A DNA stretch of 64,000 nucleotides from an uncultured Methanoregulaceae archaeon (GTDB lineage: Archaea > Halobacteriota > Methanomicrobia > Methanomicrobiales > Methanospirillaceae), in NCBI GenBank assembly GCA_963701095.1, contig OY969564.1, forward strand, positions 2,336,001 to 2,400,000, given 5' to 3'. This document shows, in pieces, positions 38,005-48,961 of the stretch (its first letter is position 1; each line of letters begins with the position of its first letter). The notes under the pieces are model-generated. The model saw nothing but the letters and a program-made list of their open reading frames with translations. It ran no database searches and had not been told where the DNA came from. The translations under genes were made by a program, and so were the position numbers.

Positions 38005-40419
38005 TCATGAATATGGGTGGATCTTCCTGAACAACAATACCTTAACCTGGTCGTTAATCACAAACCACGCCAATGCATAGCCCCAGACGATAAGAGCAAG
38101 CGGCCACCCGATGGGTGTCATAACGTAAACACCAAATATAGCGATAAGTGTTGCGGCCAGCTGGGTTATTTCTGCGGTGCCAAAGAGAGAGAGGGCTGGC
38201 AAAGGCCGTTCCCAGAAGTGCTGCTGGCCGGTACGGGCAAGGTAAATCGTGAGGTGACCGGCAACTGCCAGTTTGAGGAATACGAGTGTCTGTATCACGC
38301 CGGCATCAAGATGGAAATATTCCCGGGCTACCCAGAGGAGGATAAAACTTGACACAACACCGAGAACCCCGAGAATCGAAGCGAGAGTCAGGATGCGGTT
38401 CATCTGCCAGCGTACGGGCTTCGCTGCGACCGGTGCATTATCAAAGGCGATCATCATAATAGGAAGGTCGTTGAGGATGGCGAGCACGACCAGCATCAGC
38501 GCGGTAACCGGGTAAAAATCAAGGAGCACAATACACAGGGTCAGGAATATCAGGACCCGTACCGTCTCGGCGATCCGGTAGACTGCGTAATTTTCCATCC
38601 GCCGGAATATCTCCCGGCTCCGCTCGATCGCATCGATGATAACCGAGAGCCCGGGTTTTGTCAGGACGATATCGGCAGCAGATTTTGCAGCATCGGTTGC
38701 ACCGGCGACCGCAATACCGGCATCTGCCTCCCGGAGTGCCGGTGCATCATTCACGCCGTCCCCGGTCATCCCGACAATATGGTTTCCAGCCTGGAGGATT
38801 TTCACAATACGGAACTTGTCTTCCGGGAGGACCTGGGCAAACCCGTCGGCTGCCTCCATTTGTTTCCGGGACTCATCCCCGTCACCGGCTGTGAGTGCCG
38901 TCCGGGGAAGGATGTTTGGGCCAAGGCCAACTTTTCCGGCGATCTCCTGTGCAATGGCGACATGGTCCCCGGTGACCATTTTCACGTTCACGCCATGTTT
39001 TTGCGCCTCGGCGATCGTGGCCGCAGCATCCTCCCGGGGCGGGTCGAAAAGCCCGATCAGGCCAAGATACTGCCATGTACCGTCCGGTCGTGTCCGGCCG
39101 ACACCAAGTGCCCGGTACCCTTTTTCCGCAAACGCTGTTACCCAGCCGTCCAGCGTCGAAGCGAGTACCGTTTCCGTCCCGGCAAGGGAGGCAATTGCCT
39201 GGGGAGCGCCCTTTGCCACTTCCATGACCGTACCGCCGGCGTTCCTGACCTTTGCCTTTGCATACTTTGAGTCGGGATCGAACGGCACAAAATCGATAAC
39301 CTCGTACCCCTGGGTACCGGGCTCTCCGGAAAGAGACTCGGCTTTTTTGATGATCGCCATATCGATGGGATCATTGCTCTCTTTTTTTGACGCCAGCGCC
39401 GCCGCGATAATGACATCCTGCTCGGAAACCCCCGGGAATGTCCTGATCTCGCCGATGCTGATGGAGTTCTGGGTGATTGTCCCGGTCTTATCGGAGCAGA
39501 GGATATCCATGCCTGCCATCTCTTCAATGGCGGAAAGCCGGCTGACAATCGCCTCCTTTTTTGCGAGCGACACGGCCCCGACGGCAAGGGTAACCGTCAT
39601 CACAGCGGGTAGTGCCGCGGGAATTGCTGCTACGACAAGGATAAGGGCGAACTGAAGGGTGTCTACAAAGGATTCAGACCGTATGAGCGCAACGATAAAA
39701 ATGAAGCTGACCAGCACAACGGCGAGAATAATAAGATAATTCCCGATCCGTTCGATGGCTGCCTGGAAATGGCTTCGCGGGGATTTTACCTGGACAAGCC
39801 GGGCTGTCCTGCCAAAAAAAGTGTTTCCTCCTGTTGTCGTGACTTTTGCATCCATCTCGCCCTGGCGGACGATGGATCCTGAGTAAACCGTGTCCCCTGG
39901 TTTCTTTTCGACCGGGAGGGATTCCCCGGTCAGCGCCGATTCATCGAGCAGGAGGTATTTCCCGTTTCCCAAAAGGGCATCTGCCGGCACAATATCCCCG
40001 AGCCGGATATGGACGGTATCCCCGGGCACGAGTTCACGGGCCGGGATCTCCTGCCAGGTCCCGTCACGGAGCACACGGGCATTGGGCGCGAGCTGTTTTT
40101 TTAAGAGTTCAATCGCGTTTTCCGCTTTTCTCTCCTGGAGAAATCCGACAACCGCATTGGTCATGAGAAGGAGCAGAATGACGGCAAAATCTTCCCAGTT
40201 CGCAATTGCTGCCGACAGAATAGCGGCTGCTTCGATCATCCATGGGATAGGGCCCCAGAAATAGGAAAGGAATTTGAGCACCGGGTGTTTCTTTTCTACG
40301 GGAAGATCGTTGAAGCCGAACTGTTGCCGGAGGCCGGTTACTTCCGGAGCGGTAAGTCCGTTCGACGATCCCTGATCCGGTGCTACTGTAGTATCCGGGA
40401 TGATCGGATCACCAGTCAT
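38005..40419 (-). CDS. P-type proton-efflux ATPase (P3A)
   Basis: TGES, CSDKTGT, KGAPQ, DPPR, GDGVNDAP, AILNDLP. Confidence 0.93.
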   Translation of the reverse strand: MTGDPIIPDTTVAPDQGSSNGLTAPEVTGLRQQFGFNDLPVEKKHPVLKFLSYFWGPIPWMIEAAAILSAAIANWEDFAVILLLLMTNAVVGFLQERKAENAIELLKKQLAPNARVLRDGTWQEIPARELVPGDTVHIRLGDIVPADALLGNGKYLLLDESALTGESLPVEKKPGDTVYSGSIVRQGEMDAKVTTTGGNTFFGRTARLVQVKSPRSHFQAAIERIGNYLIILAVVLVSFIFIVALIRSESFVDTLQFALILVVAAIPAALPAVMTVTLAVGAVSLAKKEAIVSRLSAIEEMAGMDILCSDKTGTITQNSISIGEIRTFPGVSEQDVIIAAALASKKESNDPIDMAIIKKAESLSGEPGTQGYEVIDFVPFDPDSKYAKAKVRNAGGTVMEVAKGAPQAIASLAGTETVLASTLDGWVTAFAEKGYRALGVGRTRPDGTWQYLGLIGLFDPPREDAAATIAEAQKHGVNVKMVTGDHVAIAQEIAGKVGLGPNILPRTALTAGDGDESRKQMEAADGFAQVLPEDKFRIVKILQAGNHIVGMTGDGVNDAPALREADAGIAVAGATDAAKSAADIVLTKPGLSVIIDAIERSREIFRRMENYAVYRIAETVRVLIFLTLCIVLLDFYPVTALMLVVLAILNDLPIMMIAFDNAPVAAKPVRWQMNRILTLASILGVLGVVSSFILLWVAREYFHLDAGVIQTLVFLKLAVAGHLTIYLARTGQQHFWERPLPALSLFGTAEITQLAATLIAIFGVYVMTPIGWPLALIVWGYALAWFVINDQVKVLLFRKIHPYS

Positions 40420-40825
40420 TAAAATCGATTCCCTGTTCTCTCTCACAATAATATAAGGATACTGATAGGACTGTTTTCGGCAGGAGATTTTTTTTGAAAT
40501 TACAACGTGGAGCTGTTTTTGCGTTTTTGGGGAACTCAACGAAAATAATCCCTCCGATGCTCCGGGTAACGATGTAAATGCGACTGCTTAACAGAACTGT
40601 CATAAATCTTTGATAAAGGCATGGCAGGGCTCGTTCTTTGAATCGCCACGCACCGGAAGTCCTGTTCGTCAGATATACATCCCAAATCAGTCCATTTTCG
40701 GCAAAAATCGTTGTGAATGGCGATAAATTTACCAAAATAAATCATTTTTACTGCTATTTTTATTTGAAAAACTATAAATACAACTCTGATATAATATCAA
40801 TGTAAGGATGGAGGTGAAGGTTTAG

Positions 40826-40960
40826 ATGTGCATGAATCAGATGTACCGGGATCCTGACATTCCGGACGAGGATTTCAGGGATCATATTATGGAAAAAATG
40901 CCCGGCGACGACCCGGTTTCCTCCGTCACGTCGAGCACATACATTTCCCCCAAACGGTAA
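40826..40960 (+). CDS. Small hypothetical protein (44 aa), not in ORF track
   Basis: GGAGGTGA SD; MCMNQMYRDPDIPDEDFRDHIMEKMPGDDPVSSVTSSTYISPKR*. Confidence 0.45.
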   Translation: MCMNQMYRDPDIPDEDFRDHIMEKMPGDDPVSSVTSSTYISPKR

Positions 40961-41097
40961 TAATACCATACTCCGGGCCGCCCTTTCGCTTCCGGGACCG
41001 TCAGTGGCCGAAACAATATATCCCCGACCCGGGTAACCGGGAAGATTCCGGTCTCTTTTCAAAATGTTTATCAATCCCGTGAACGGATTTTGTCCTG

Positions 41098-41475
41098 ATG
41101 AATACAGTACAAAAACGGGAGCATGTTCACCCGCGGTACTGGAGTTATTTTTTTGTCATCGCAAGTGTACTCATCGGTTTCGGTGCCGGTCTGCTCACCG
41201 GTTATCCGGGGTCGGGGACGTTCATCGGCCTGGGACTGGGGATTCTCGGCTCCACGTTCATGCACCGGGTGGAGCATGTAGACGGGGTTGTCGTTGTGCA
41301 GCCGCGCAAATCAAACTGGCCTCTTGTGTTCCTTGGCATAGTGTTTATCGTCTTTGGTATGGGTATCGTGCTCGCCCTGTGGCCGTATATTATCGCCTTT
41401 CTCTTCATCGTTCTGGGGATCTGGGTCCTCGTCCATGGTTATGTAAAACCCTACTACATTTTAATGCGAAAATGA
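41098..41475 (+). CDS. 4-TM membrane protein
   Basis: Gly-rich TM segments; similar to 60007..60595. Confidence 0.75.
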   Translation: MNTVQKREHVHPRYWSYFFVIASVLIGFGAGLLTGYPGSGTFIGLGLGILGSTFMHRVEHVDGVVVVQPRKSNWPLVFLGIVFIVFGMGIVLALWPYIIAFLFIVLGIWVLVHGYVKPYYILMRK

Positions 41476-41575
41476 ATAAACCCGTAAAAGGTGTCCGATA
41501 TGTATTGCTGTTTTATTACAGTGCCGGATGTAAACATGCGTATATAGATTCAAAAGAAAAGTATACGGTATACCC

Positions 41576-42073
41576 ATGAAGAGTTCATATCTCATTATCG
41601 GATGCATTCTCCTCCTGGCAGGTGCGGTTATGCCGGCACAGGCATTCTCGGTACAATCCCTTGCCATCAATATCGATGCAAACGGCAATGCACAAGCACA
41701 TTTCACCTATGGGCTCTCGTTCACCGAACAGATCGCAGTATTTGCCAATATTACAAACCCGGCAAGTGAACTCCTGTCAGCTTTTGAAAACAGCCTCAAC
41801 CGGCATGCCACCGTCGTCAACGCAGACAGTTCCTCAGCCGATGTCGTCATTCCAGCCTTTGCCACAATAAGCCAGGCCAACGGGACAGAGACTATGATCA
41901 CACCGGCATTTTCATTGAGCAACGTCCAGAATGAGATCAGACAGAACTGGTGGGCCCCGCTCGTTTCCGTGGACATGTCGCCACAGGTAACAACCATCAC
42001 CTTCCCTGACGGGTACCAGACCATTTATTACAACCAGATCAGCATCCCCGCCGTCTCCCACCGGATTGAATAA
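41576..42073 (+). CDS. Secreted hypothetical protein
   Basis: Signal peptide ending AQA. Confidence 0.75.
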   Translation: MKSSYLIIGCILLLAGAVMPAQAFSVQSLAINIDANGNAQAHFTYGLSFTEQIAVFANITNPASELLSAFENSLNRHATVVNADSSSADVVIPAFATISQANGTETMITPAFSLSNVQNEIRQNWWAPLVSVDMSPQVTTITFPDGYQTIYYNQISIPAVSHRIE

Positions 42074-42134
42074 CTTCGTTTTCCGGCAGGAGACCTTTTT
42101 TCGAATTGCCCGGAGGTTGTGACACGTGGATTCA

Positions 42135-42740
42135 TTAACTGTTTCGTGCACGCTGCGGGAACTCGTTTGGAGTAATAGTGTTCGCGTCCTCCATCCCGGG
42201 GGATATCCAGAATTCATAGGTTGAAAACCGGAAATAAGTATTTTCCGGGTTCGTGCTGGAGAAGGTCCTGAAATTAAGAATGTCAGAATATCGCAGGTAA
42301 TGAGTATCTGTCATGAAGTGTTCCGTACCGGGATCCCAGTCTGAACCAAACACAAGATACAGGATGTATATGCCATCATCAATTGACGCGAAGCTGTATT
42401 TTTCGCCATGCCGGATATAGACAGAGACTGTTGGAGTATCCAGTCCCGGAACAAGCAGTACGGCAACAGCATCGAGAGATGTATCATTATTATGGAGAAT
42501 GAGATCCCCCACACCTTCCTCGGGAATTTCCCCGGCAAGGACAGTCCCGGTAAGAGGTCGTGAACTCACCGGAGTACTTGTTACCTGGGGAACGGTCGGC
42601 GACGGTAGAGTAGTTATCGTAGGTAGCGGCGATATTTCAACCGGTGTCTGGATTCCCGGTGACGTTTTACTTATGCAAAGACTGACGCCCATACCTGTAA
42701 CGAGCAGTATAATTGCAAGAACCACAAACACCCGGTTCAT
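42135..42740 (-). CDS. Secreted/membrane-anchored hypothetical protein
   Basis: N-terminal TM, P/T linker, beta-rich domain. Confidence 0.7.
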   Translation of the reverse strand: MNRVFVVLAIILLVTGMGVSLCISKTSPGIQTPVEISPLPTITTLPSPTVPQVTSTPVSSRPLTGTVLAGEIPEEGVGDLILHNNDTSLDAVAVLLVPGLDTPTVSVYIRHGEKYSFASIDDGIYILYLVFGSDWDPGTEHFMTDTHYLRYSDILNFRTFSSTNPENTYFRFSTYEFWISPGMEDANTITPNEFPQRARNS

Positions 42741-43046
42741 TTCCTGCTTCCCGAAAGTGAATGCATTGGTGAATTATTTAAATCATTTTGGGCTAGGAAA
42801 AATCATTTTTTGGAAACTGACCTGCCTTTGGCGGTTGCTGAGGTATTTTTACCAGGGTGAAAGATCGATTACCTGCTGAGAACGTATCAGGACCTGCAAC
42901 CATTGCCAACGAAACCGGCTTTGGGTTCTGTTTTGCGTCTTTGTTCATGAAAATGCCCCGTTCCCCTGAGATGCAACAGTACCCGGCCGGTGGATCTATC
43001 CGAGACCTTTGTAGCTGGACGGGAAGAATGCCTCTCCGGTGCAGTC

Positions 43047-43433
43047 ATGAAAGATGAACGTGAAACGAACCGCAGGATAGTCGAGGAGTTCTACAATCTT
43101 TCCTTAAATCTGGGGAGACCGGAAGAGGCCGCGAAAAAGTACCTGGGACCTTACTACCGGCAGCACAATCCCGGGGCGGCAGACGGCGCAGAGGCTTTCA
43201 TTGGATTTGTCCGGGAGTTCCGGCATGCATTTCCCGGTCTCCGGTTTGATTTCCGGAGATTCATTGCCAAGGACGACATGGTCGTAGTCCACAGTCACCT
43301 GGTGAGGGAGCCCGGGGACAGGGGCGTTGCCGTCATGGATATCTTCCGGATCGAGAATAACCGGATAGTCGAGCACTGGGATGTCCTCCAGGAGGTCCCG
43401 GAAAAGGCTGCCAACAGCAACACGATGTTTTAA
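43047..43433 (+). CDS. SnoaL-like (NTF2 family) protein
   Basis: YRQHNP...DG, DMVVVH, MDIFR...IVEHWDV. Confidence 0.9.
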   Translation: MKDERETNRRIVEEFYNLSLNLGRPEEAAKKYLGPYYRQHNPGAADGAEAFIGFVREFRHAFPGLRFDFRRFIAKDDMVVVHSHLVREPGDRGVAVMDIFRIENNRIVEHWDVLQEVPEKAANSNTMF

Positions 43434-43550
43434 GGATCGGATGTAAGGTGATGTTGTATCTTCGGCGATGGGGAATTTTTCATCCGGATGAATTTCCCTT
43501 TCAACCGCAGACGCGACGGAACCTTTATGCTAAATCGTATTGGTTTTTTT

Positions 43551-44450
43551 TTAACGGTGTTTCCCGCTGGGAATGTAGATTTCAAACCGTGCCCCTTTCC
43601 CGGGTATGCCTGTCTCTTTTATGGTGATCTGGGTGGCAGCAAGGACTTCCTTGATAAAAAAGAGGCCGTAACCGCCATGCCTGACATACGTCTCCGGAAA
43701 CAGGGATGCACGTTTTTCTGAGGGAATACCAACGCCGTCATCCTCACAGACAATAATGAGCATCTTATCCAGCTTGTGAGCCGAAAACCGGATCCAGGAG
43801 AGGTTTTCACCGCCGTGTTTCAGTGCATTATCGATTAAGTAATAAAATGCTTTTTCGAGAAGACTATCGGCAAAGATCTCCACATTGTTCAAATCGACGT
43901 CGATGGTGACTTTTCCCGGGTTTACGGCGACCCGGGCCCGCATGATGATATCGGGAACATGCTGCCACTCCGGCGGATTCGTCCCGATATCCTGGTATTC
44001 TTTGATGAATTTGATCTGCCGGTCGATCCGGGCAATCGCCGCCTTTACCTTATCCATGTCGATGCTCCGGCCATCGCGTTCAAGGTCGCCGGAGAGTTCC
44101 GTCACCTGGTTAAGAATGTCCTGGTTCGTAATGCCGTTGAGAAATGCAAGTTTCGTCGTGGCTTGGTTGAGATGCGTTTCCATGATTTCCAGATCATGTT
44201 TCTCCTTTTCCAGTTCCCGCCACAACTGGACTATCAGTGCAACAAAGGCAAAGACAAGAAATATACTGACGATGAAGAGTTCGTTGAGGTGCAGATTCGG
44301 GAAGTGCTGGAGAAAAGTAAAAATCATTTCTGCCAGGTCCAGTGCGCTTGAAATGACAAACAGCATCACCGCGAAGATAAGGATCACAAGAACATAGAAA
44401 ATTATCAGAAAATAGGGCATCCCCTGTTTCTTTGCCGAATCCCCGTTCAT
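43551..44450 (-). CDS. Membrane sensor histidine kinase-like protein
   Basis: LIDNALKHG, EDDGVGI, GYGLF, GARFEI; H-box reads ITNQDI. Confidence 0.85.
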   Translation of the reverse strand: MNGDSAKKQGMPYFLIIFYVLVILIFAVMLFVISSALDLAEMIFTFLQHFPNLHLNELFIVSIFLVFAFVALIVQLWRELEKEKHDLEIMETHLNQATTKLAFLNGITNQDILNQVTELSGDLERDGRSIDMDKVKAAIARIDRQIKFIKEYQDIGTNPPEWQHVPDIIMRARVAVNPGKVTIDVDLNNVEIFADSLLEKAFYYLIDNALKHGGENLSWIRFSAHKLDKMLIIVCEDDGVGIPSEKRASLFPETYVRHGGYGLFFIKEVLAATQITIKETGIPGKGARFEIYIPSGKHR

Positions 44451-44701
44451 ATTTTCCCTCACTCACCAGTTTATATGTTCTGATGGAAATGAAGATTGCG
44501 GCTGAACAGATCCGGGATTTCACGGAATATCAGGGATGGCATACTTTTTCCCAAGATCCCGGCAATCCATGTCATAGAACCAGGGCATTCTTGAAATTCG
44601 GCAAAATCGGGATTAAAACGGAGGAATTAAGAAACAGAGGTGTATTAACGGGTTTGTGAATCCGGTATTATCACCGCAACCTCTGAAATACCCGACAGAT
44701 A

Positions 44702-45268
44702 TCACGTCCTTTTTATCAATCCTTTACCGGTGTTCCAGGCCTCGCCTACGGTGCTTCCCAGATGGTGGTAGGTATTGTCCGGCATGGTCAGGATCAGGGG
44801 ATCGATCGCTTCGAAGTCGGGCCGGTTATCCTTTATGATATGGGCATCCGCATATGCCCCGCATATCTCACCAACAAAGAGGAAATTAGTCGGAAGCTCC
44901 AGGGTGTGCACAAGGCGGCATTCAAGGGTAACCGGGCAAGCCCGGATCATCGGCGCATTATCAAGTATGCCGTGGAAAACTTCGAAGACTTCTGTCTTAT
45001 CGACCCGTTCGCCGGAAACAAGACCGCAGTAATCAGTCTTCTCGACCAGGGAGGCTGACGGAAGATTGACGGAAAACGTGCCGTTCTCTACGATACCCTC
45101 GGGAGTATAATTCATCCTGTTTATCCCGCATACTATCATGGGCGGGTCTGAGTTGGCCCGGGTGCACCATGCGACGGTCATAAAATTCACCTTTCCCTTA
45201 ACCTGTGTCCCGACAAGTACAACCGGCATCGGGACAGAGAAATCGAATCCAATCTCGATCTTATCCAT
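44702..45268 (-). CDS. Flavin reductase family protein
   Basis: NFMTVAW, FSVNLP, DYCGLVSG, APMI..CP..LEC. Confidence 0.9.
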   Translation of the reverse strand: MDKIEIGFDFSVPMPVVLVGTQVKGKVNFMTVAWCTRANSDPPMIVCGINRMNYTPEGIVENGTFSVNLPSASLVEKTDYCGLVSGERVDKTEVFEVFHGILDNAPMIRACPVTLECRLVHTLELPTNFLFVGEICGAYADAHIIKDNRPDFEAIDPLILTMPDNTYHHLGSTVGEAWNTGKGLIKRT

Positions 45269-45550
45269 TTCGAATCCCCTTTTCTATTGCGTCTGGGTAG
45301 TGTAGTGCTATTAATGTTCGTTTTGGTGCTACATTCATGGTGTGATCCGGATACTTTCGAGGATCCGGCAACTATTAAAAAACCTGACGGAAAACAGATC
45401 GTTTCCATCAGTTTTTATCGGGTTATTGCCGGCTGCTGTTTAGACAAAATCGTAAAACTGATAGATTGAGAAAAGAGGCTGGATTAATGTTTTTCAGACC
45501 GGACTGTTTCACCATATATGCTGGTCGATAAGTTCCGGTACTGCATTATT

Positions 45551-45741
45551 TCAGTCATCGAATCGTCTGAACACGCCCTTCTTGAGCTTTGAGACCCCGC
45601 ATCCCGGGCAACACCAGGCATGGGGGAGCTCCTCAAAAGGTACCCGGGAGGGATGCCTCCTTTCGGGTCTCCCCCGGCAGGATCATAGATATAATGACAT
45701 TCAAGGCACATCCACCGGTAAAGTCTGGCGTTCTGTGGCAT
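45551..45741 (-). CDS. Rubredoxin, 1-nt frameshift near 45645
   Basis: CLECHYIYDP..GDP..GIPPG; restoring one G gives VPFEELPHAWCCPGCG. Confidence 0.85.
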
Positions 45742-45838
45742 AACCAACGGCTCCCTGTTTTAGGTGTACGGTGCCATGAATAAAGTCATTTTGTCCTCAT
45801 GAGGGGACCAAAAGAAAAATAATATGGTCAAAGATTTT

Positions 45839-46405
45839 TCATTTAAAAATTTTCACAAACAGGGTCTTTTCCGAAACCGATGACGTGTATTTCGCGCCGC
45901 AGGAATTAAAGATGTTCTCGATCATTATCAAAAGGTACCTTGACCCATTGAGACCAAAATTATGGTATATCCAGAGCGTATAATGATCGCCTTCATCTGA
46001 ATACGTATACCTGTTAAACCAGTTGCCGGTTTTGGAAAGGAAAACGAGTCCGTCAAGGATTTCCCGGAGACTCAGTTCCTTGAACGGTTTTTGGTATAAT
46101 AATTCGAGGCCAAAGGCCATATACATTTTATTTGCGTTAAACCAAGCCTCATTCTCTTTCAAATCTGCAGTTTTAATGAGCACGGAAAATAGTTCTTTAT
46201 CGATCATACAGCCCACTTTTTCCTTCCAGACCCGCAAAATAAATACTTCTTCCGGGGATAAGGTTGGCTCAGGGGATGCTTTCCTGTCAAATGTTTCCAG
46301 AGCAAGTTCGAGCACCTTCTGCTGCGTTCCGTGCTCTTTTGCATGTTTTTTCAGGATTGCGGCGTGTTTTGGAGATATGGTTGTCGAAATACGGGTATTA
46401 TACAT
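45839..46405 (-). CDS. Hypothetical protein with ribbon-helix-helix-like N-terminus
   Basis: RISTTISPKHAAILKK...QQKVLELALE. Confidence 0.65.
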   Translation of the reverse strand: MYNTRISTTISPKHAAILKKHAKEHGTQQKVLELALETFDRKASPEPTLSPEEVFILRVWKEKVGCMIDKELFSVLIKTADLKENEAWFNANKMYMAFGLELLYQKPFKELSLREILDGLVFLSKTGNWFNRYTYSDEGDHYTLWIYHNFGLNGSRYLLIMIENIFNSCGAKYTSSVSEKTLFVKIFK

Positions 46406-46554
46406 GGATCAACCCCCTGTGGTATCCTTATCGAAAGTATGTGTACGCATGCGTTTATAAGCGTATTTCATCCGGATTACTATTTTATAAATGCGCATAA
46501 TTATCGTACAATTGCGAGTTTGATCTTTTCCGGGTAACGCCGGAATTTTCTAAA

Positions 46555-46779
46555 TTGCTTGACCTGAAGAGAACGCATTCTGCTCCAGAAAAGGGGGGGA
46601 TCATGATAAGGAAATTTAAAACCGGTATGCAGGGTCCGGTAATGGTCTACCGGCTTTCAACACCTGTCGATACGATCATCGAGAGCATCGAAACAGAAAG
46701 AAAGAACTTAAAAGCGTACCAGGTTGCAACTATCCGGAAATTACGGAGTTACCTGCACGCATCCCCTACGTTAACGTAA
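46555..46779 (+). pseudogene. Possible C-terminal fragment of an archaeal wHTH regulator
   Basis: GP..VYRLSTPVDTIIESIETERK resembles wing plus coiled-coil ends; no N-terminal HTH. Confidence 0.35.
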
Positions 46780-47118
46780 TTATGAGGGGTGGATAAAATA
46801 GAGGGTGCCGGTGAGTTGTCGGGGTGTTTAAAAAAATCAAGAGTACGTAGAACGACGATATCCTTTTCTCAAGTCCCGTTAACGTGACAGTACCGTTTTT
46901 CAATCCAGGAGACCAATGTCTATAATGCTTGAAAGAGATCCTATAAGAATAAACCCGATAATTTTTTCCCGGTTAAGGAAGGCCAGGACTTTACTCCCGG
47001 CCGTTTCCTCTGAAAAATAGTTCATACACCGGCGATCCATCTTAGCCTGGTGGTTTTTTCGTCAAGAATCTCCTGGGAGTTGACGCCGGTCTCAAACTCC
47101 ATGGGGAAGTAGTATGAA

Positions 47119-47784
47119 TTAGGTTGAAGATCCCTGCCCCTGGGCCGGGATACCTGAGTTCGATAAAGTCCTGTTTCCGAAACCCGCGTGGTGAGACCGG
47201 AGCGAGCCTCCCTGGTGACTCAGGGTGCTGTTGCTGCCGTTCCCGTAGTGAGTCCAGGCGCCATGCTGCCCTGAGTGTGTGCCCGGGTGTGCTGTATGAT
47301 ACGCCGCCATCCACTGCATCGCTGCACTGACATTGCCTGCCGTAAGGTCAGCCTGTGGCTGGCTTACATCCACGCCCTTGCTGCCGAGTTTCGTTAGGAA
47401 CAACTGGATCCGGGCAGACTGCTGGGTGCTGTTAAACGCATGCTGGGTGTTGAACGCACGCTGTTTGAAACCACCTATTACCGTACTCGGGTTTGCCTGG
47501 TGATATGCCATGAGCCACTGGAACGCTGCTGTTACATTGCCCGCGGTAATGTCGGCCTGTGCCTGGCTTACGTCCACTCCCTGCTGGGTGAGGTTCGTAA
47601 GAACGGTTTGTAGTCGTCCTGTCATCTGGGTGCTGTTAAACACATGGTGATAGGCTGAGGTGCCTTGTGAGCCTCCCGGTGGGGAGAATGCAGCCGCGCT
47701 GACCGGGATCATGATGAGCCCAATCGCCGATAATACTATCGCGATAAGAGCGACTGACTTGTAATTTATGGTAGGTAATTTCAT
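47119..47784 (-). CDS. Secreted protein with an internal ~55 aa duplication
   Basis: Signal peptide; two FNSTQ...GVDVSQ.QAD.TAGNV.AA.QW..AYH.A.P repeats. Confidence 0.8.
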   Translation of the reverse strand: MKLPTINYKSVALIAIVLSAIGLIMIPVSAAAFSPPGGSQGTSAYHHVFNSTQMTGRLQTVLTNLTQQGVDVSQAQADITAGNVTAAFQWLMAYHQANPSTVIGGFKQRAFNTQHAFNSTQQSARIQLFLTKLGSKGVDVSQPQADLTAGNVSAAMQWMAAYHTAHPGTHSGQHGAWTHYGNGSNSTLSHQGGSLRSHHAGFGNRTLSNSGIPAQGQGSST

Positions 47785-48038
47785 GCTGTATCATCCCTGT
47801 TGAGAGACATCGTACGTGGGTCTGGGAAATCCCACATATTGTAATGTATATTTTACATTTTGTCATATATACTTTATGTTTAAGGAAGGACTCGTCCCAC
47901 CGGTAAATGCAAATACGTCGCAGGATTTTCCAGGTTCCCATAATCTGGCATGGGATGGTATCTGCGGGAAAAACAACCGGATTGGGTAATGAATCTGTTT
48001 AAAACCGGATTCTCCCATTTCTTATTTTACGACTTTCT

Positions 48039-48542
48039 TTAATCGTAATGCCGGTAGTTGATATTGGCAATTCTTACTTCATAGGTTCCGGTTTCCCCGA
48101 ACATGCATCCGTCAATGACATGAATATCAAAGGTGCTTGTGCCCATCGGGTCGATAGCAACGGAATCATATCCGGAATTCCGCTCATTGCCATAATCATC
48201 GTACCCGATGCCTACGATCTCGACGTAGAGCTCATGATTGACATTACTCCTGACTGTACCCGTAATACGTAACAAGCCGTTAATTTGACAGGTTACCATT
48301 TTTGTGGTAATTTCCGCTGCCGGCATTTCTGATGCGCCTGGTAACCCGGTATATCCATTTTCCGGGGAAAAAACGTTTGAGGCACTTCCTGTGTTTGTAC
48401 CATTTTGCCCAATGAAGCCGGCTGCGATAAAAATGATCAAAAATGCCGTAAGCAGGATAATCCCTATAATTGCAAGTATAACTTGGTGATGCAGGGTATT
48501 TTTTATTGGTTTTTCCGGTATTGAACCGGGAGGAGGTGTCAT
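48039..48542 (-). CDS. Membrane-anchored Ig-like (FxLYD-like) protein
   Basis: N-terminal TM; ITGTVRSN...GIGYD. Confidence 0.6.
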   Translation of the reverse strand: MTPPPGSIPEKPIKNTLHHQVILAIIGIILLTAFLIIFIAAGFIGQNGTNTGSASNVFSPENGYTGLPGASEMPAAEITTKMVTCQINGLLRITGTVRSNVNHELYVEIVGIGYDDYGNERNSGYDSVAIDPMGTSTFDIHVIDGCMFGETGTYEVRIANINYRHYD

Positions 48543-48961
48543 GCGCCCTCTTTACGAGCATTGACAAAATTATGCGGATATCCTGCCTCCTGCTGCTCCT
48601 TTCCGGTTGACCGGGCTGTCTCCGGTGTGGATCTTTTCGCTGATAAAGAAACGACAGGAATGAATAATGACATCAAACTTACAGCTGCACTATCGATACC
48701 AAGGGTACATTTTTCTTTTTCTGTTTTGTACTGCGGCAGAAAGAACAATGTATAGCCAATTTTACATTTTGTTATTTAAACTTTATCAATTATTCCACAT
48801 TTTCGCACTACTTAAAAAATCAGGGATGTTTTCAAAATGTGTTTCATGCACTGATTTTCAGAAGAGATCTTTAATGTTTCTTTTATGTACCAGAAGACGT
48901 GTACCATCCTTGTTCTGATACATGGAGAGGATGATATGAGTAAAAAAGGAGTTGAAATTGT

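Noticed and set aside
29485..39655. Long antisense ORFs (e.g. 29485..30600, 37239..37877, 38636..39655)
   Set aside because: They shadow well-supported genes on the opposite strand and have no recognisable motifs
43463..43500. GGCGATGG-starting hairpin as a fluoride riboswitch
   Set aside because: It is a simple palindrome between convergent genes and lacks the downstream consensus
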